Origin: Candidatus Latescibacterota bacterium
GTDB lineage: Bacteria; Latescibacterota; UBA2968; UBA8231
Assembly (NCBI GenBank): GCA_965243025.1
Contig: CBDETY010000003.1
Span: 3,264,001-3,328,000 of the forward strand
Direction of reading: 5' to 3'
DNA: 64,000 nt
Positions 1 through 8,857 of the stretch are shown one piece after another. Made by a program: the position numbers and the translations under genes. Within the stretch, counting starts at the first letter, position 1. Each line of letters begins with the position of its first letter. Below the pieces are notes generated by a model. It had not been told where the DNA came from. It searched no databases and was given only the letters and a program-made list of their open reading frames with translations.

Positions 1-615
1 GATCCAACCGGCCAGCGATGCCGCCAGAATGCAGATCACCACCGAGCCGGGCACTTTCCGGTGCTCGAGCGCGACGATTCCCATGAATCCGAGGGCGGCC
101 AGCGCCACCGTCCACTGAATCAGGTCGCCCAGGCCGACCAGTGTCGCTTCGTTGGCCACCACCACCCCGGCGTTGCGGAGCCCGATGACGACGAGGAAGA
201 ATCCGATTCCCGCGGCGATGGCCATCTTCTGCGAACGCGGGATGCTGTTGACGACCCACTCGCGCACCGGGAGCACCGACAGGACGAGCATCAGGACCCC
301 GGAACAGAACACCGCTCCGAGCGCGGCCTGCCAGGGCAGGCCCAGCGTGCCCACCGCGACAGCGGCGAAGTAGGCGTTCAGCCCCATCCCCGGGGCCAGG
401 GCGATCGGGTAGTTGGCGTACAGGCCCATGACCGCGGACCCGAAGGCCGCGGCGAGACAGGTCGCCACCAGCACCGCCCCGGGGTCCATCCCGGTGCCGG
501 CCAGGATCAGCGGGTTCACGAAGATGATGTAGCACATGGTCAGGAACGTGGTGCATCCGGCAAGCAGCTCGGTGCGCACGTTCGAGCCCCGCTCCTGCAA
601 CTGGAAACAGCCCAT
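1..615 (-). CDS. NCS2 family nucleobase permease (AzgA/PbuG-like), runs off the window edge
   Basis: Manual minus-strand translation: MGCFQLQERGSNVRTELLAGCTTFLTMCYIIFVNPLIL...NYPIALAPGMGLNAYFA, the typical NCS2/AzgA N-terminus. AAGGAG RBS upstream of the ATG at 615. Not in the ORF track because it has no stop inside the window. Confidence 0.9.
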   Translation of the reverse strand, partial: MGCFQLQERGSNVRTELLAGCTTFLTMCYIIFVNPLILAGTGMDPGAVLVATCLAAAFGSAVMGLYANYPIALAPGMGLNAYFAAVAVGTLGLPWQAALGAVFCSGVLMLVLSVLPVREWVVNSIPRSQKMAIAAGIGFFLVVIGLRNAGVVVANEATLVGLGDLIQWTVALAALGFMGIVALEHRKVPGSVVICILAASLAGWI

Positions 616-850
616 CGGGAACTTCGCTCCTTTCAGAATCGGGGATCCTTTGCCCGCGGTCCGCAGGGGTCGGGCACCGGCCGGGCGTTCAATCGCGTTC
701 CCCGAGCAGGCCGCCCCTGCGCGGCCGTACCCGTTCGGGGGATCCCCCCTCAGTCGGCCGGCCCCGGTTTCGGCCAACGGGAACCGGAGGGTACAGGCAG
801 GGCTCCCGGCAGCGCAAACAGGTGGCCGGCTCCGGGAACCGCGCGGGAAG

Positions 851-1657
851 TTACCCCTCCCGAACCCGCTCCACTCCCAGTTCCTCCAGCCGCGCCGCCA
901 TCTTCTCCCGCCCCGCAGCTCCCTTTCGCAGCATCTCCCTGCTGTAAACGAACGGCTGGTCCTCGCTCAAATGCTCTTCAACCTTCGCGCGAAGATCCCT
1001 GACCGCAAGCAGGTCGTCCCGGGGGTCGGGCATGTAGCCGATGAACAGGGTCCGCCGCGGACGGCCGTCCCTGCGCCTGAAGGCGGAGTGCCACAGGCGG
1101 TTGTCCCACAACACCACGTCTCCGGGCCGCGTCCGCAGGGAAACCGCCCCGGGAATGGAATGGGGATCGAGGCGCAGGCGGGGCCTTCCCCTGTCCCAGC
1201 AACCGCAGGAGCGGAACAGGGCCGCGGAGAACTCCGGATAGTGGCTGCCGGGAACCACGTTCAGCGAGCCGAGGTCCCTGTCCTGCTCGTCGAGGTACAG
1301 GGCGGTCTTCAGCGTAACCGCCTGCCGCCCGGGCTGACCGTCGGTGTGCCAGGGGGTGTCGTCCCGGTTCGCCCACATGTCGCTGGCGGCGGTGTACAGG
1401 CACTCCGTCCCCCAGATGTCGCGCATGGCCTCCATCACGCCGGGATGCTCGATCAACCTGTCAAAGGCATCGTCGGCCTGGACGAACGGGCTGAGCATGC
1501 GGGTACCGTTCCGGGCGAAATAGTCGTAGGCCGGTGCCCTGGCAATGACCCGGTCGTGCGCCTTCTGGAGGTCCTTTACCTCGGTTTCGCCGAGGCAGCT
1601 CCTCAGAACGATGAACCCGAACGTCCTGAACTGCCCTGCTTCCAGATCGGACAGCAT
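851..1657 (-). CDS. Phytanoyl-CoA dioxygenase (PhyH) family Fe(II)/2-oxoglutarate dioxygenase
   Basis: F..FGFIVLR N-terminus, WHTD (HxD) motif, GSLNVVPGSH, PGDVVLWDNRLWHS (distal His). Start chosen at the ATG after a GAGGAG RBS. Confidence 0.85.
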   Translation of the reverse strand: MLSDLEAGQFRTFGFIVLRSCLGETEVKDLQKAHDRVIARAPAYDYFARNGTRMLSPFVQADDAFDRLIEHPGVMEAMRDIWGTECLYTAASDMWANRDDTPWHTDGQPGRQAVTLKTALYLDEQDRDLGSLNVVPGSHYPEFSAALFRSCGCWDRGRPRLRLDPHSIPGAVSLRTRPGDVVLWDNRLWHSAFRRRDGRPRRTLFIGYMPDPRDDLLAVRDLRAKVEEHLSEDQPFVYSREMLRKGAAGREKMAARLEELGVERVREG

Positions 1658-1746
1658 CGCGATGTCTCCTCTTTCTCCATTGCCCATACCTGTTTTGCTT
1701 TACGGTTCCCCGGATACTGTAAACACTGAAAACAAAAGGAATCGAA

Positions 1747-2229
1747 ATGAAACTCGGCGTCATGTCCGACAGCCACGACAACGTCCCGAACGTCGAACGG
1801 GCTGTCGCGCTCTTCAACGAAACCGGGACCGACCTGGTGGTCCATGCAGGCGATTTCATCGCCCCCTTCGCCGTAGACCCGTTGTCCGGCCTCGACTGCC
1901 GGGTCGTCGGAGTCTTCGGGAACAACGACGGCGAACGGATCGGGCTGGCGAAGCGGTTCGAAGCCATCGGGGAGGTCCATCCCAACCTCGCGAGCGTATC
2001 GGTCGGCGACAGGAACATCGCGGTCATGCACTACCCGGAGCTCGCCATCCCGATAGCTGAAAGCGGGGAATTCGACCTCGTCGTTTACGGACACACCCAC
2101 GAGATCGACGTCCGCAAGGGCAGATCCCTTCTGCTGAACCCCGGGGAAACCGGGGGTTGGACCACGGGGAAATCGACGGTTTCCATCGTGGATCTGGAGA
2201 CCCTCGAAGCAACCATTCACGATCTGTAA
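1747..2229 (+). CDS. Metallophosphoesterase, YfcE/MJ0936 family
   Basis: SDSHDN, HAGD, GNND, GHTH and LNPGE calcineurin-like motifs. Confidence 0.9.
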   Translation: MKLGVMSDSHDNVPNVERAVALFNETGTDLVVHAGDFIAPFAVDPLSGLDCRVVGVFGNNDGERIGLAKRFEAIGEVHPNLASVSVGDRNIAVMHYPELAIPIAESGEFDLVVYGHTHEIDVRKGRSLLLNPGETGGWTTGKSTVSIVDLETLEATIHDL

Positions 2230-2237
2230 AGGGAGCC

Positions 2238-2588
2238 ATGACACGACGAATCGAGTGGCGCTACCACCGCCCCGGCTGAACGAGTTGCAAGCGGGCGCAA
2301 GAGTTCCTTGCGCAGGGAAGGTTCGAAGAAGGGCAAGTCCGCAGCGCGTCGCAGGATCCCGTGGAGGGAGAAGCCGCCCTGGCTCTTCTCGAAGGGGTGC
2401 GGGAGCTGCTCGTCGCCAGGGGCCGGAAGGTGCTCCCCTTCGACCTGGAGAAGGACCGTCCCTCCGGCGGCGAACTGCTCGAGTTGCTCCTCGGCCGCTC
2501 CGGGAAGCTGCGGGCGCCGACGATCCGCAGCGGCCCCCGGCTGCTGGTCGGGTACAACGAGGAGCTGATGGCGGCCCTTCAGCTCTGA
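2238..2588 (+). CDS. ArsC/Spx-like thioredoxin-fold selenoprotein (UxxC; Sec codon at 2277-2279)
   Basis: GGGAG RBS and ATG at 2238 give MTRRIEWRYHRPG-UGA-TSCKRAQEFL, in frame with the 2361..2588 ORF ending LLGRSGKLRAPTIRSGPRLLVGYNEE (ArsC-like R-x-P motif). A hairpin follows the UGA. Confidence 0.85.
2295..2313 (+). promoter_or_regulatory. Candidate bacterial SECIS hairpin
   Basis: GCGCAAG-agttc-CTTGCGC, a perfect 7-bp stem starting 16 nt after the in-frame UGA, with G at the second loop position. Confidence 0.65.
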
Positions 2589-3580
2589 AGGGCCAGCACC
2601 TCCTCCCAGAAGCGGCGCTCCACCGGCACGCCCTGCCGCAGGGCCTTGCGCCGCCGCTCGGCGCTGCGCTGCCCCGGGTAAACGACCCGCTCTCCGGGCA
2701 GGGAAGCGGCCGAGGCCAGGTCGGCCAGCGACTCCTGCACCGCCTGCTGCACTCGTTCCGGGTCTCCGACCCGTGCCAGATCGATGGCAAGAAACAGCTG
2801 CGACACCCCTTCTTCCCTCGACTCCTTCGAGATTTCCGCGGTGGTCCGCCCACCAGAGACCAGCGCGGCCACCAGGTCCAGGCACAGGGCCAGGCCGCTG
2901 CCCTTCCAGAGGCCGACCGGCAGGGGGTTCTCCAGGGCGGCTGCATCCGTGGTCAGCCTGCCCCCGGCGTCGTACCCGCCCGGCACCGGCAGGGGCTCGC
3001 CGCTGCGCTCGTGGATCTGGGCGCGCCCCCCGGAGAACTGGCTCACCGCCATGTCGAGGAGCACGGGGTCGCCGCCGGGGACCGGGACCGCCATCACCAG
3101 GGGGTTGTTCCCGAGGCGTTTCTCCGCGGAGCCGTGGGGGGGCATCAGGCGCGTCGTGTTCGTCCAGCAGATGCCGATGCAGCCGGCCGCGGCCGCCCGC
3201 AGGCCGTAGGTGCCGGCCCGCATCCAGTGGCCGGTGTTGCGCAGGGCCACGGCGCCGACCGCGTGCTCGCGGGCCAGCTCGACGGCCCGGTCCATGCAGG
3301 CGAGGGCGTTGAGGATGCCGGGGCCGCGGTGCCCTTCCCACTGCTCCAGCGCTCCGAGGGCGGCCGCTCGTTCCGCCCGGGCCGACGGGTCGATCAGCCC
3401 CTCGCGCACGTCCCGGACGAACCCGGGGAAGCGGTTGATCCCGTGGGAGGTCACGCCGTCGCAGGTGTTGTCGGCGAACACCCGGGCCAGGGTTGCCGCG
3501 TCCTCCTCGTCGAACCCGGAGGCGGACAGGGCCCGCAGGAACTCGGCGCGCATCCGCTCATACGGAACCCGGCAGGTCAT
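2579..3580 (-). CDS. yiaK: 3-dehydro-L-gulonate 2-dehydrogenase / 2,3-diketo-L-gulonate reductase (Ldh_2 family)
   Basis: DGVTSHGINRFP, HWMRAGTYG, ICWTNT, LGNNPL, LDMAVSQFS and GLWKGSGL motifs characteristic of YiaK/DlgD. Confidence 0.8.
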   Translation of the reverse strand: MTCRVPYERMRAEFLRALSASGFDEEDAATLARVFADNTCDGVTSHGINRFPGFVRDVREGLIDPSARAERAAALGALEQWEGHRGPGILNALACMDRAVELAREHAVGAVALRNTGHWMRAGTYGLRAAAAGCIGICWTNTTRLMPPHGSAEKRLGNNPLVMAVPVPGGDPVLLDMAVSQFSGGRAQIHERSGEPLPVPGGYDAGGRLTTDAAALENPLPVGLWKGSGLALCLDLVAALVSGGRTTAEISKESREEGVSQLFLAIDLARVGDPERVQQAVQESLADLASAASLPGERVVYPGQRSAERRRKALRQGVPVERRFWEEVLALQS

Positions 3581-4025
3581 GGGGCTCTTCCGGCCGCATT
3601 GGCGTGGAGCAGGCGGCGTAAGGCGAGACCGCTTCTGCTTCGGCCCGCAACTTCTCGATTCTTCATGACGTCTCCCGTTATTCCGTTTCTTTCATCGCTT
3701 TGAAGCGCTGGAGCCTGGACAGGTGCGAAGGGTGGTCGAATCTGCGCCCGCACGGGAGCGAAGTGTCTCCGGGTCCGACTCTTCATCTGGAAATCCACCG
3801 GGATAATCCGGCCTTTTCGGATCTTCGGCAAAGGGGAACAGCTTAAATCCCGTGCAGGCGGGCCGAACACCGATTTGCCCTCCATTTCGCGGCGTCGTCG
3901 CCTTTTCCCATGCAGGTGACTCCCCTACACTAACCCCTTGACCCATGGGTTTTCCCGTGGCACAGGCGGGGTAATCCCAGGAACCCGCAGCTGGATCTTC
4001 CGGGGTAGCCGAAGAGTTGGTGGCC

Positions 4026-7000
4026 ATGAACCATAGGAGCCGGATAGCGCTGTTGGCGGCCGGAGGCCTTTGCGGCCTGCTGATCGGTGTCGGCGCCGCG
4101 GCGGCGTCCGGGCCGCAGGTAGAGGGCTGGGTGCGGCTCGCCTCCGGGCAGGCCGCTGCCGGGGTGCAGGTGCGGCTCTACGATCTGGCCGATCCGACCC
4201 GTTCCCTCGGCGCCGCCACGGACGAGGCGGGCTACTTCTCTCTTGCCGCCCCGCACCAGGCCTGGGAAACAGGTGCCCTGCCCCGGCGCTTCGAGCTGTT
4301 CCAGAATTACCCCAATCCGTTCAACCCCTCAACCACCATCCCCTACCAGTTGCCGGCGCCGGCTCGCGTGCGCCTCGAGGTCTTCAACCTCCTCGGGCAG
4401 CGCGTCGCCACCCTGGTGGACGAGGAACAGCAGGCCGGCCTGCACACCGCGGCCTGGAACGGCACCGATTCTGCTGGCCGCCCCGTGGCCGCGGGGGTCT
4501 ACCTCTACCGTCTCAGGGGAGGCGCAACCAGCGGCACCCGGCGGATGGTGCTCCTCGATGGCCCCGCGGCTGTTTCGGGAGGTGCCACAGCCTCCGGGAT
4601 TCCGGCCGGACAGGAGGCGCCCGCGCCGGTATACGGGCTGACCGTCTCGGGCCCCGGCGTGGCCACGCACGTCGACCCGGACTTTCGGGCCGGCCCCTGG
4701 CCGGTGGAGATCACGGTCGAGGCGCGAGCCGGCACTCCAGGCACGGCGGCGATGAAGGCGGCCGCCAATGGGACCAGGATCCTGGGGGATGTCGACGCCA
4801 ACGGCCGCGTCGACCTCCTCGACGCGATCCTGGTGGCGCTGTACAGCATCGATCCGACGACCACCCTCCCGAACGACGGGGACATCACCCTGGGGGACGT
4901 AAACCGGGACGGGCGCATCGACGTCGCCGACGTCTACCTCATCGCCACCTACAGCGTCGACCCGGCAAACCCGTCGCTCCCTCCAGGGATCGGGGAACCC
5001 CTGGTCCCTGTCGTTGAGGGGAAGATGTACTGGGTGGACTGGGGTTCTGCAAAGATCCAGCGGGCAAACCTCGACGGGTCCCAGGTCGAAGACCTGGTCA
5101 CCACCGGGTTGGAGGAGCCGACGGACCTCGCCCTGGACCTGGCCGGTGGCAAGATGTACTGGTCGGACCGGCTGACCAACAAGATCCAGCGCGCCAACCT
5201 CGACGGGTCCCAGGTCGAGGACCTCGTTACCGAGGTATACGGCGATGTATGGAGCTTTGCCTTGGACGTGGACGGGGGCAAGATGTACTGGGCGAAGGCG
5301 ATTGCGGAGCCAAAGATTCAGCGCGCCAACCTCGACGGGTCCCAGGTCGAAGATCTCGTTACTGTCGGATTGTTTCAGGTAGCGGGTCTGGCCCTGGACG
5401 TGGCCGGGGGAAAGATGTACTGGACGGACCACGGAACGAACAAGATCCAGAGGGCCAACCTCGACGGCTCACGGGTGGAAGTCCTTTTAGCCACCGGATT
5501 GCCAGGTGCGTGGGGACTCAACCTGGACTTTGCGGGAGGGAAGATGTACTGGGTCGACTGGCTCGCAAACCAGATTGCGCGGGCCAACCTCGACGGGTCC
5601 CAGGTCGAGGTTCTTCTTCTCAGGGGCCGGACAACTCCGGGAAGTCTCGTCCTTGTGATTCCCGAGGGGAAGATGTACTGGACCGAAAGGGAAGGGATCC
5701 TTCGTGCGAACCTCGACGGGTCCCAGGTCGAAGAGCTGCTCACAAGCGGATTGGACGCCCCGCGGGGTCTGGCCTTGGACCTCGCCGGTCTCCCGGAGAT
5801 CACCCTGGATCGTCCGCCTGTGCTGGACCTTGTCGGCAGTCAGAGTCTCGAAGAGGGGGAAACCCTGCGTATCGACCTGGCCGCCCGGGACCCGGAGGGA
5901 ACCGAGGTCACATTCGAGGTGCTGTTGGACGACCCCGGGATAGCGACGGTGAGCCTTTCCGGCAACCAGCTGACGATCAGTCCGATAGCGCCGGGGGGGG
6001 CCACGGGAACCTTAACGGCGAGCGATGCCGGCGGGGTCTTCACCACGCAGAACTTTTCGCTGAAAGTGACGGAACCAATTCCCGAGAGCCGGGGCAGGAT
6101 GTACTGGGCGGACGCTGGAACCAACAAGATCCAACGGGCGAGCCTGGACGGCTCCCGGATCGAGGACCTCGTCACCACCAGGTTGGAAAATCCGGCCGCC
6201 CTGGCTCTGGATATTTCCGGGGGCAAGATGTACTGGACTGACACGGGGACGGACAAGATCCAGCGGTCCAATCTGGACGGCTCCCAGGTTGAAGATCTCG
6301 TCACAACCGGGTTGGCCTCCCCAAACGGACTGGCCCTGGACATCGCCGAAGGCATGATGTACTGGACGGACGCCGGCCGTTCTCGAATCATGCGGGCGAA
6401 CCTGGACGGTTCCGGCATCCAGCGCCTCGACAACAGGGAGGTGTGGGGTATCGGCCTGGATCTCACCGAAGGGAAATTGTACTGGACGGACACAGAAAGA
6501 TCTAACATCGGGCGGTCCAACCTCAATGGCTCCAATTCCCGAATTCTCGTTTCCCGGGGCTTGAACAATCCCCGGAGTCTGGCCCTGGACCTGGCGAGGG
6601 GAAAGGTGTACTGGGGAGACAGGGGCACTATCAGGATTCAGCGGGCAAACCTCGGCGGTTCCCCGGCCGAAGACGTAGTAGTCTCCGGGTTGGGGAGCCC
6701 GGGAACAGGTCTGGCCATCGATTCGCGGGAAGGAAAGATGTACTGGACAGACCTGGGCACGAAAAAAATCCAGCGGGCAAACCTCGACGGCACACGGGTC
6801 GAGGACCTCGTCACCGGGTTGAGCGAACCCCAGGGCCTCGCCCTGGAAATCGTCGTCCCGGAAGTCCCGGACCTGGTAGCCGAGACCCCTTCCGTGAATC
6901 CCCCCAACCCGGCTCCCGGACAATACTTCACCCTTTCCGTCGCGCTCCACAACCGCGGCGAATCCCCGGCGCCGGCGACGACTCTGCGCTACTACCGGTC

Positions 7001-7211
7001 GACCGACTCGACGATCACCGGCTACGACACCGAGGTCGCCGCGCGCCCGCTGCGCGGTCTGTCCGCCCCGGGAACCAGCTTCAAGCTGATCCGGTTGAGA
7101 GCCCCCACCTCCCGGGGGACCTACTACTACGGAGCCTGCGTTGAACCTGTCGACGGTGAAGTCGAAACCCGGAACAACTGCTCGCCGGCCGCCGAACTGG
7201 TGGTCCGGTGA
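4026..7211 (+). CDS. Secreted multidomain protein: N-terminal FlgD-Ig-like domain, dockerin-like pair, about 12 YWTD (LDL-receptor class B) repeats, Ig/cadherin-like linker, C-terminal CARDB-like domain
   Basis: Signal peptide; QNYPNPFNPST...VFNLLGQRV...AAGVYLYRL; GDVDANGRVDLLD and GDVNRDGRIDVAD; repeated GKMYWTD...KIQRANLDGSQVEDLV; GTYYYGACV...NNCS. Confidence 0.85.
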   Translation: MNHRSRIALLAAGGLCGLLIGVGAAAASGPQVEGWVRLASGQAAAGVQVRLYDLADPTRSLGAATDEAGYFSLAAPHQAWETGALPRRFELFQNYPNPFNPSTTIPYQLPAPARVRLEVFNLLGQRVATLVDEEQQAGLHTAAWNGTDSAGRPVAAGVYLYRLRGGATSGTRRMVLLDGPAAVSGGATASGIPAGQEAPAPVYGLTVSGPGVATHVDPDFRAGPWPVEITVEARAGTPGTAAMKAAANGTRILGDVDANGRVDLLDAILVALYSIDPTTTLPNDGDITLGDVNRDGRIDVADVYLIATYSVDPANPSLPPGIGEPLVPVVEGKMYWVDWGSAKIQRANLDGSQVEDLVTTGLEEPTDLALDLAGGKMYWSDRLTNKIQRANLDGSQVEDLVTEVYGDVWSFALDVDGGKMYWAKAIAEPKIQRANLDGSQVEDLVTVGLFQVAGLALDVAGGKMYWTDHGTNKIQRANLDGSRVEVLLATGLPGAWGLNLDFAGGKMYWVDWLANQIARANLDGSQVEVLLLRGRTTPGSLVLVIPEGKMYWTEREGILRANLDGSQVEELLTSGLDAPRGLALDLAGLPEITLDRPPVLDLVGSQSLEEGETLRIDLAARDPEGTEVTFEVLLDDPGIATVSLSGNQLTISPIAPGGATGTLTASDAGGVFTTQNFSLKVTEPIPESRGRMYWADAGTNKIQRASLDGSRIEDLVTTRLENPAALALDISGGKMYWTDTGTDKIQRSNLDGSQVEDLVTTGLASPNGLALDIAEGMMYWTDAGRSRIMRANLDGSGIQRLDNREVWGIGLDLTEGKLYWTDTERSNIGRSNLNGSNSRILVSRGLNNPRSLALDLARGKVYWGDRGTIRIQRANLGGSPAEDVVVSGLGSPGTGLAIDSREGKMYWTDLGTKKIQRANLDGTRVEDLVTGLSEPQGLALEIVVPEVPDLVAETPSVNPPNPAPGQYFTLSVALHNRGESPAPATTLRYYRSTDSTITGYDTEVAARPLRGLSAPGTSFKLIRLRAPTSRGTYYYGACVEPVDGEVETRNNCSPAAELVVR

Positions 7212-7258
7212 GGTGTGCCGGCGGGGGCGATGCCTGACCTGAGGCGACAGGGTCCGCA

Positions 7259-7322
7259 GGCGCCGCCACGGACGAGACGGGATACTTCTCTCTCGCGGCC
7301 CCGCGCCAGGCAGAAGAAACGG
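7259..7322 (+). repeat. Diverged partial copy of 4209-4273 (remnant of a paralog of the 4026 gene)
   Basis: ggcgccgccacggacgagacgggatacttctctctcgcggccccgcgccagg vs ggcgccgccacggacgaggcgggctacttctctcttgccgccccgcaccagg. Confidence 0.75.
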
Positions 7323-7528
7323 TCCCAAGGGGACGAACTCAAGCATATTGTCCCCCCCCCCCTCAAAAAAAACCAATCTCATCAGTTTTGATGATTCGGC
7401 GCTTCGATTTTTGGCGGTTATTCGTCAAGGAACAAGATGGGACGATCCAATTTCGGGGTCAGGTTCGTCAATCTCCGGAACTTCGTGGAAGTGGTTTAAA
7501 CCCAACCGTTTCCTGGAAGGCTGTGTAC

Positions 7529-8449
7529 ATGAAGGGATTGCCAAATGAAAAAATCGAGGCGGGGATTTTTTTACCTGTTATTGAGGTGAATGATCCAATA
7601 AAATCCAGTGAAGACAAAAAACCGAGGGATTTTTTCAAAGTAATTGGCATATGGTTATGCTTGGTTACTCCCATATTTTCAGAGGAAACAGTTAGTCAAA
7701 TGCTGCCTCTTGCTGTCGGTAACGAATGGACTTATGTCCATGCTTGGTACTCAGGTGGAGCTGGTGATGATTATTTCGGTTACGTTACCGTTCAAATAAC
7801 CGGCACCGAAATTTTCAATGGATCTACTTATTTCATTTTTAGTGAAATGCCATATGATTTCCCTCCAGTTCCTGCTTTCTTTTTGGCCGGTAAGACAGTT
7901 CGTTGGGATGACAACAATCTCCTATTTTTGGAAGATGGAAATGAAAGCGGCGTGGGAATTTACCATTTTGAGGAAGATGCTGGCTATTCTGTGGAGTTGT
8001 ACTCCGAACCAATGCTCTCCCAAGACCAAAGAAGCCAATACGGCATGACGGAAGTATATCCGGACACCATAGCGGAGGTGTCCAAATTGACGTCAAGTCT
8101 CAAGGGAGATATCTATTTTTTTTCCTTTTCAGGTTCGTCACGGTACGACTTGAATGATATTCCGCAAGGGCAATTCCGTTGGCATGAATATCGCACGGTT
8201 GAATTCCGTTGGGGGATAGGATTGTTCCAGTGTACTGTTGATGGACGGAATATATCCCCTCCATCTGATGATCCAACACGGTCCAACTACAGTGACCATC
8301 CGGTAAGGTCAAATATCCTTTTATTGGAATCCGCAACTATTGGAGGAAGAAAATGGGAAGGTCAGTTTTTGGACCCGGCTACATCAATCTCAGGAACTTC
8401 GTGGGGGTTGGCTAAATACAGATTGGGTCGCGAATCACTACAAAAATAG
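7529..8449 (+). CDS. AT-rich hypothetical secreted protein with C-terminal SWG-x-x-K tail (start uncertain)
   Basis: Long ORF in a visibly AT-rich patch; signal-like FFKVIGIWLCLVTPIFS; PLAVGNEWTY motif; ends PATSISGTSWGLAKYRLGRESLQK. Confidence 0.7.
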   Translation: MKGLPNEKIEAGIFLPVIEVNDPIKSSEDKKPRDFFKVIGIWLCLVTPIFSEETVSQMLPLAVGNEWTYVHAWYSGGAGDDYFGYVTVQITGTEIFNGSTYFIFSEMPYDFPPVPAFFLAGKTVRWDDNNLLFLEDGNESGVGIYHFEEDAGYSVELYSEPMLSQDQRSQYGMTEVYPDTIAEVSKLTSSLKGDIYFFSFSGSSRYDLNDIPQGQFRWHEYRTVEFRWGIGLFQCTVDGRNISPPSDDPTRSNYSDHPVRSNILLLESATIGGRKWEGQFLDPATSISGTSWGLAKYRLGRESLQK

Positions 8450-8687
8450 TTCAACACTGAAATACCTTTTCACGGTGTACAGTGATGGTAATTCCCTGGC
8501 ACCTCGTCTTGCTGAAGTACAGCTCGATGACGCTGATGGTCCGGTTTTCTCCAGCTACTCCACCTCCCCCATGTGCAAGGGGAGGCAGGGTTGTCCAAGC
8601 GAATTCTTCCCTCTGCTCAGGGAGCCTTCGTAGAAGCGGGCCGGGTCGTGCCAGGCCAGCCAGATGCGGAAATCCGAAAAAAGTAAC

Positions 8688-8780
8688 GGAGCCGGGGCAA
8701 GATGTACTGGACGGATCGCGGCACGAAAAAGATCCGGCGGGCGAACCTCGACGGCACGCGGTCGGAGGACCTCGTCACTC
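8688..8780 (+). pseudogene. Isolated YWTD-repeat remnant
   Basis: SRGKMYWTDRGTKKIRRANLDGTRSEDLVT, near-identical to repeats of the 4026 gene, with no start context. Confidence 0.7.
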
Positions 8781-8857
8781 ACCCCGCCAAAGCCCCCACC
8801 CGCAGACAGGTTCCAACCTGCATCTCCCCGGCGTGGCGGGCACAGCCTTTCAGCGGC

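Noticed and set aside
616-850. Purine riboswitch upstream of the NCS2 permease
   Set aside because: No recognisable purine-aptamer consensus by eye; an Rfam scan would be decisive.
61-1002. Long + strand ORF, and many similar long ORFs elsewhere (e.g. 10627-13041, 26594-28993, 53237-55246)
   Set aside because: Antisense or alternate-frame shadows of real genes in high-GC DNA; Arg/Pro/Gly-rich with no recognisable motifs.
3581-4016. Structured RNA in the long intergenic regions (also 34883-35313 and 41300-42100)
   Set aside because: No tRNA, riboswitch or known ncRNA signature recognisable; cannot be excluded without an Infernal search.
5020-6850. Repetitive DNA as a non-coding repeat array or diversity-generating element
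   Set aside because: Fully explained by in-frame YWTD protein repeats; no reverse transcriptase in the window.
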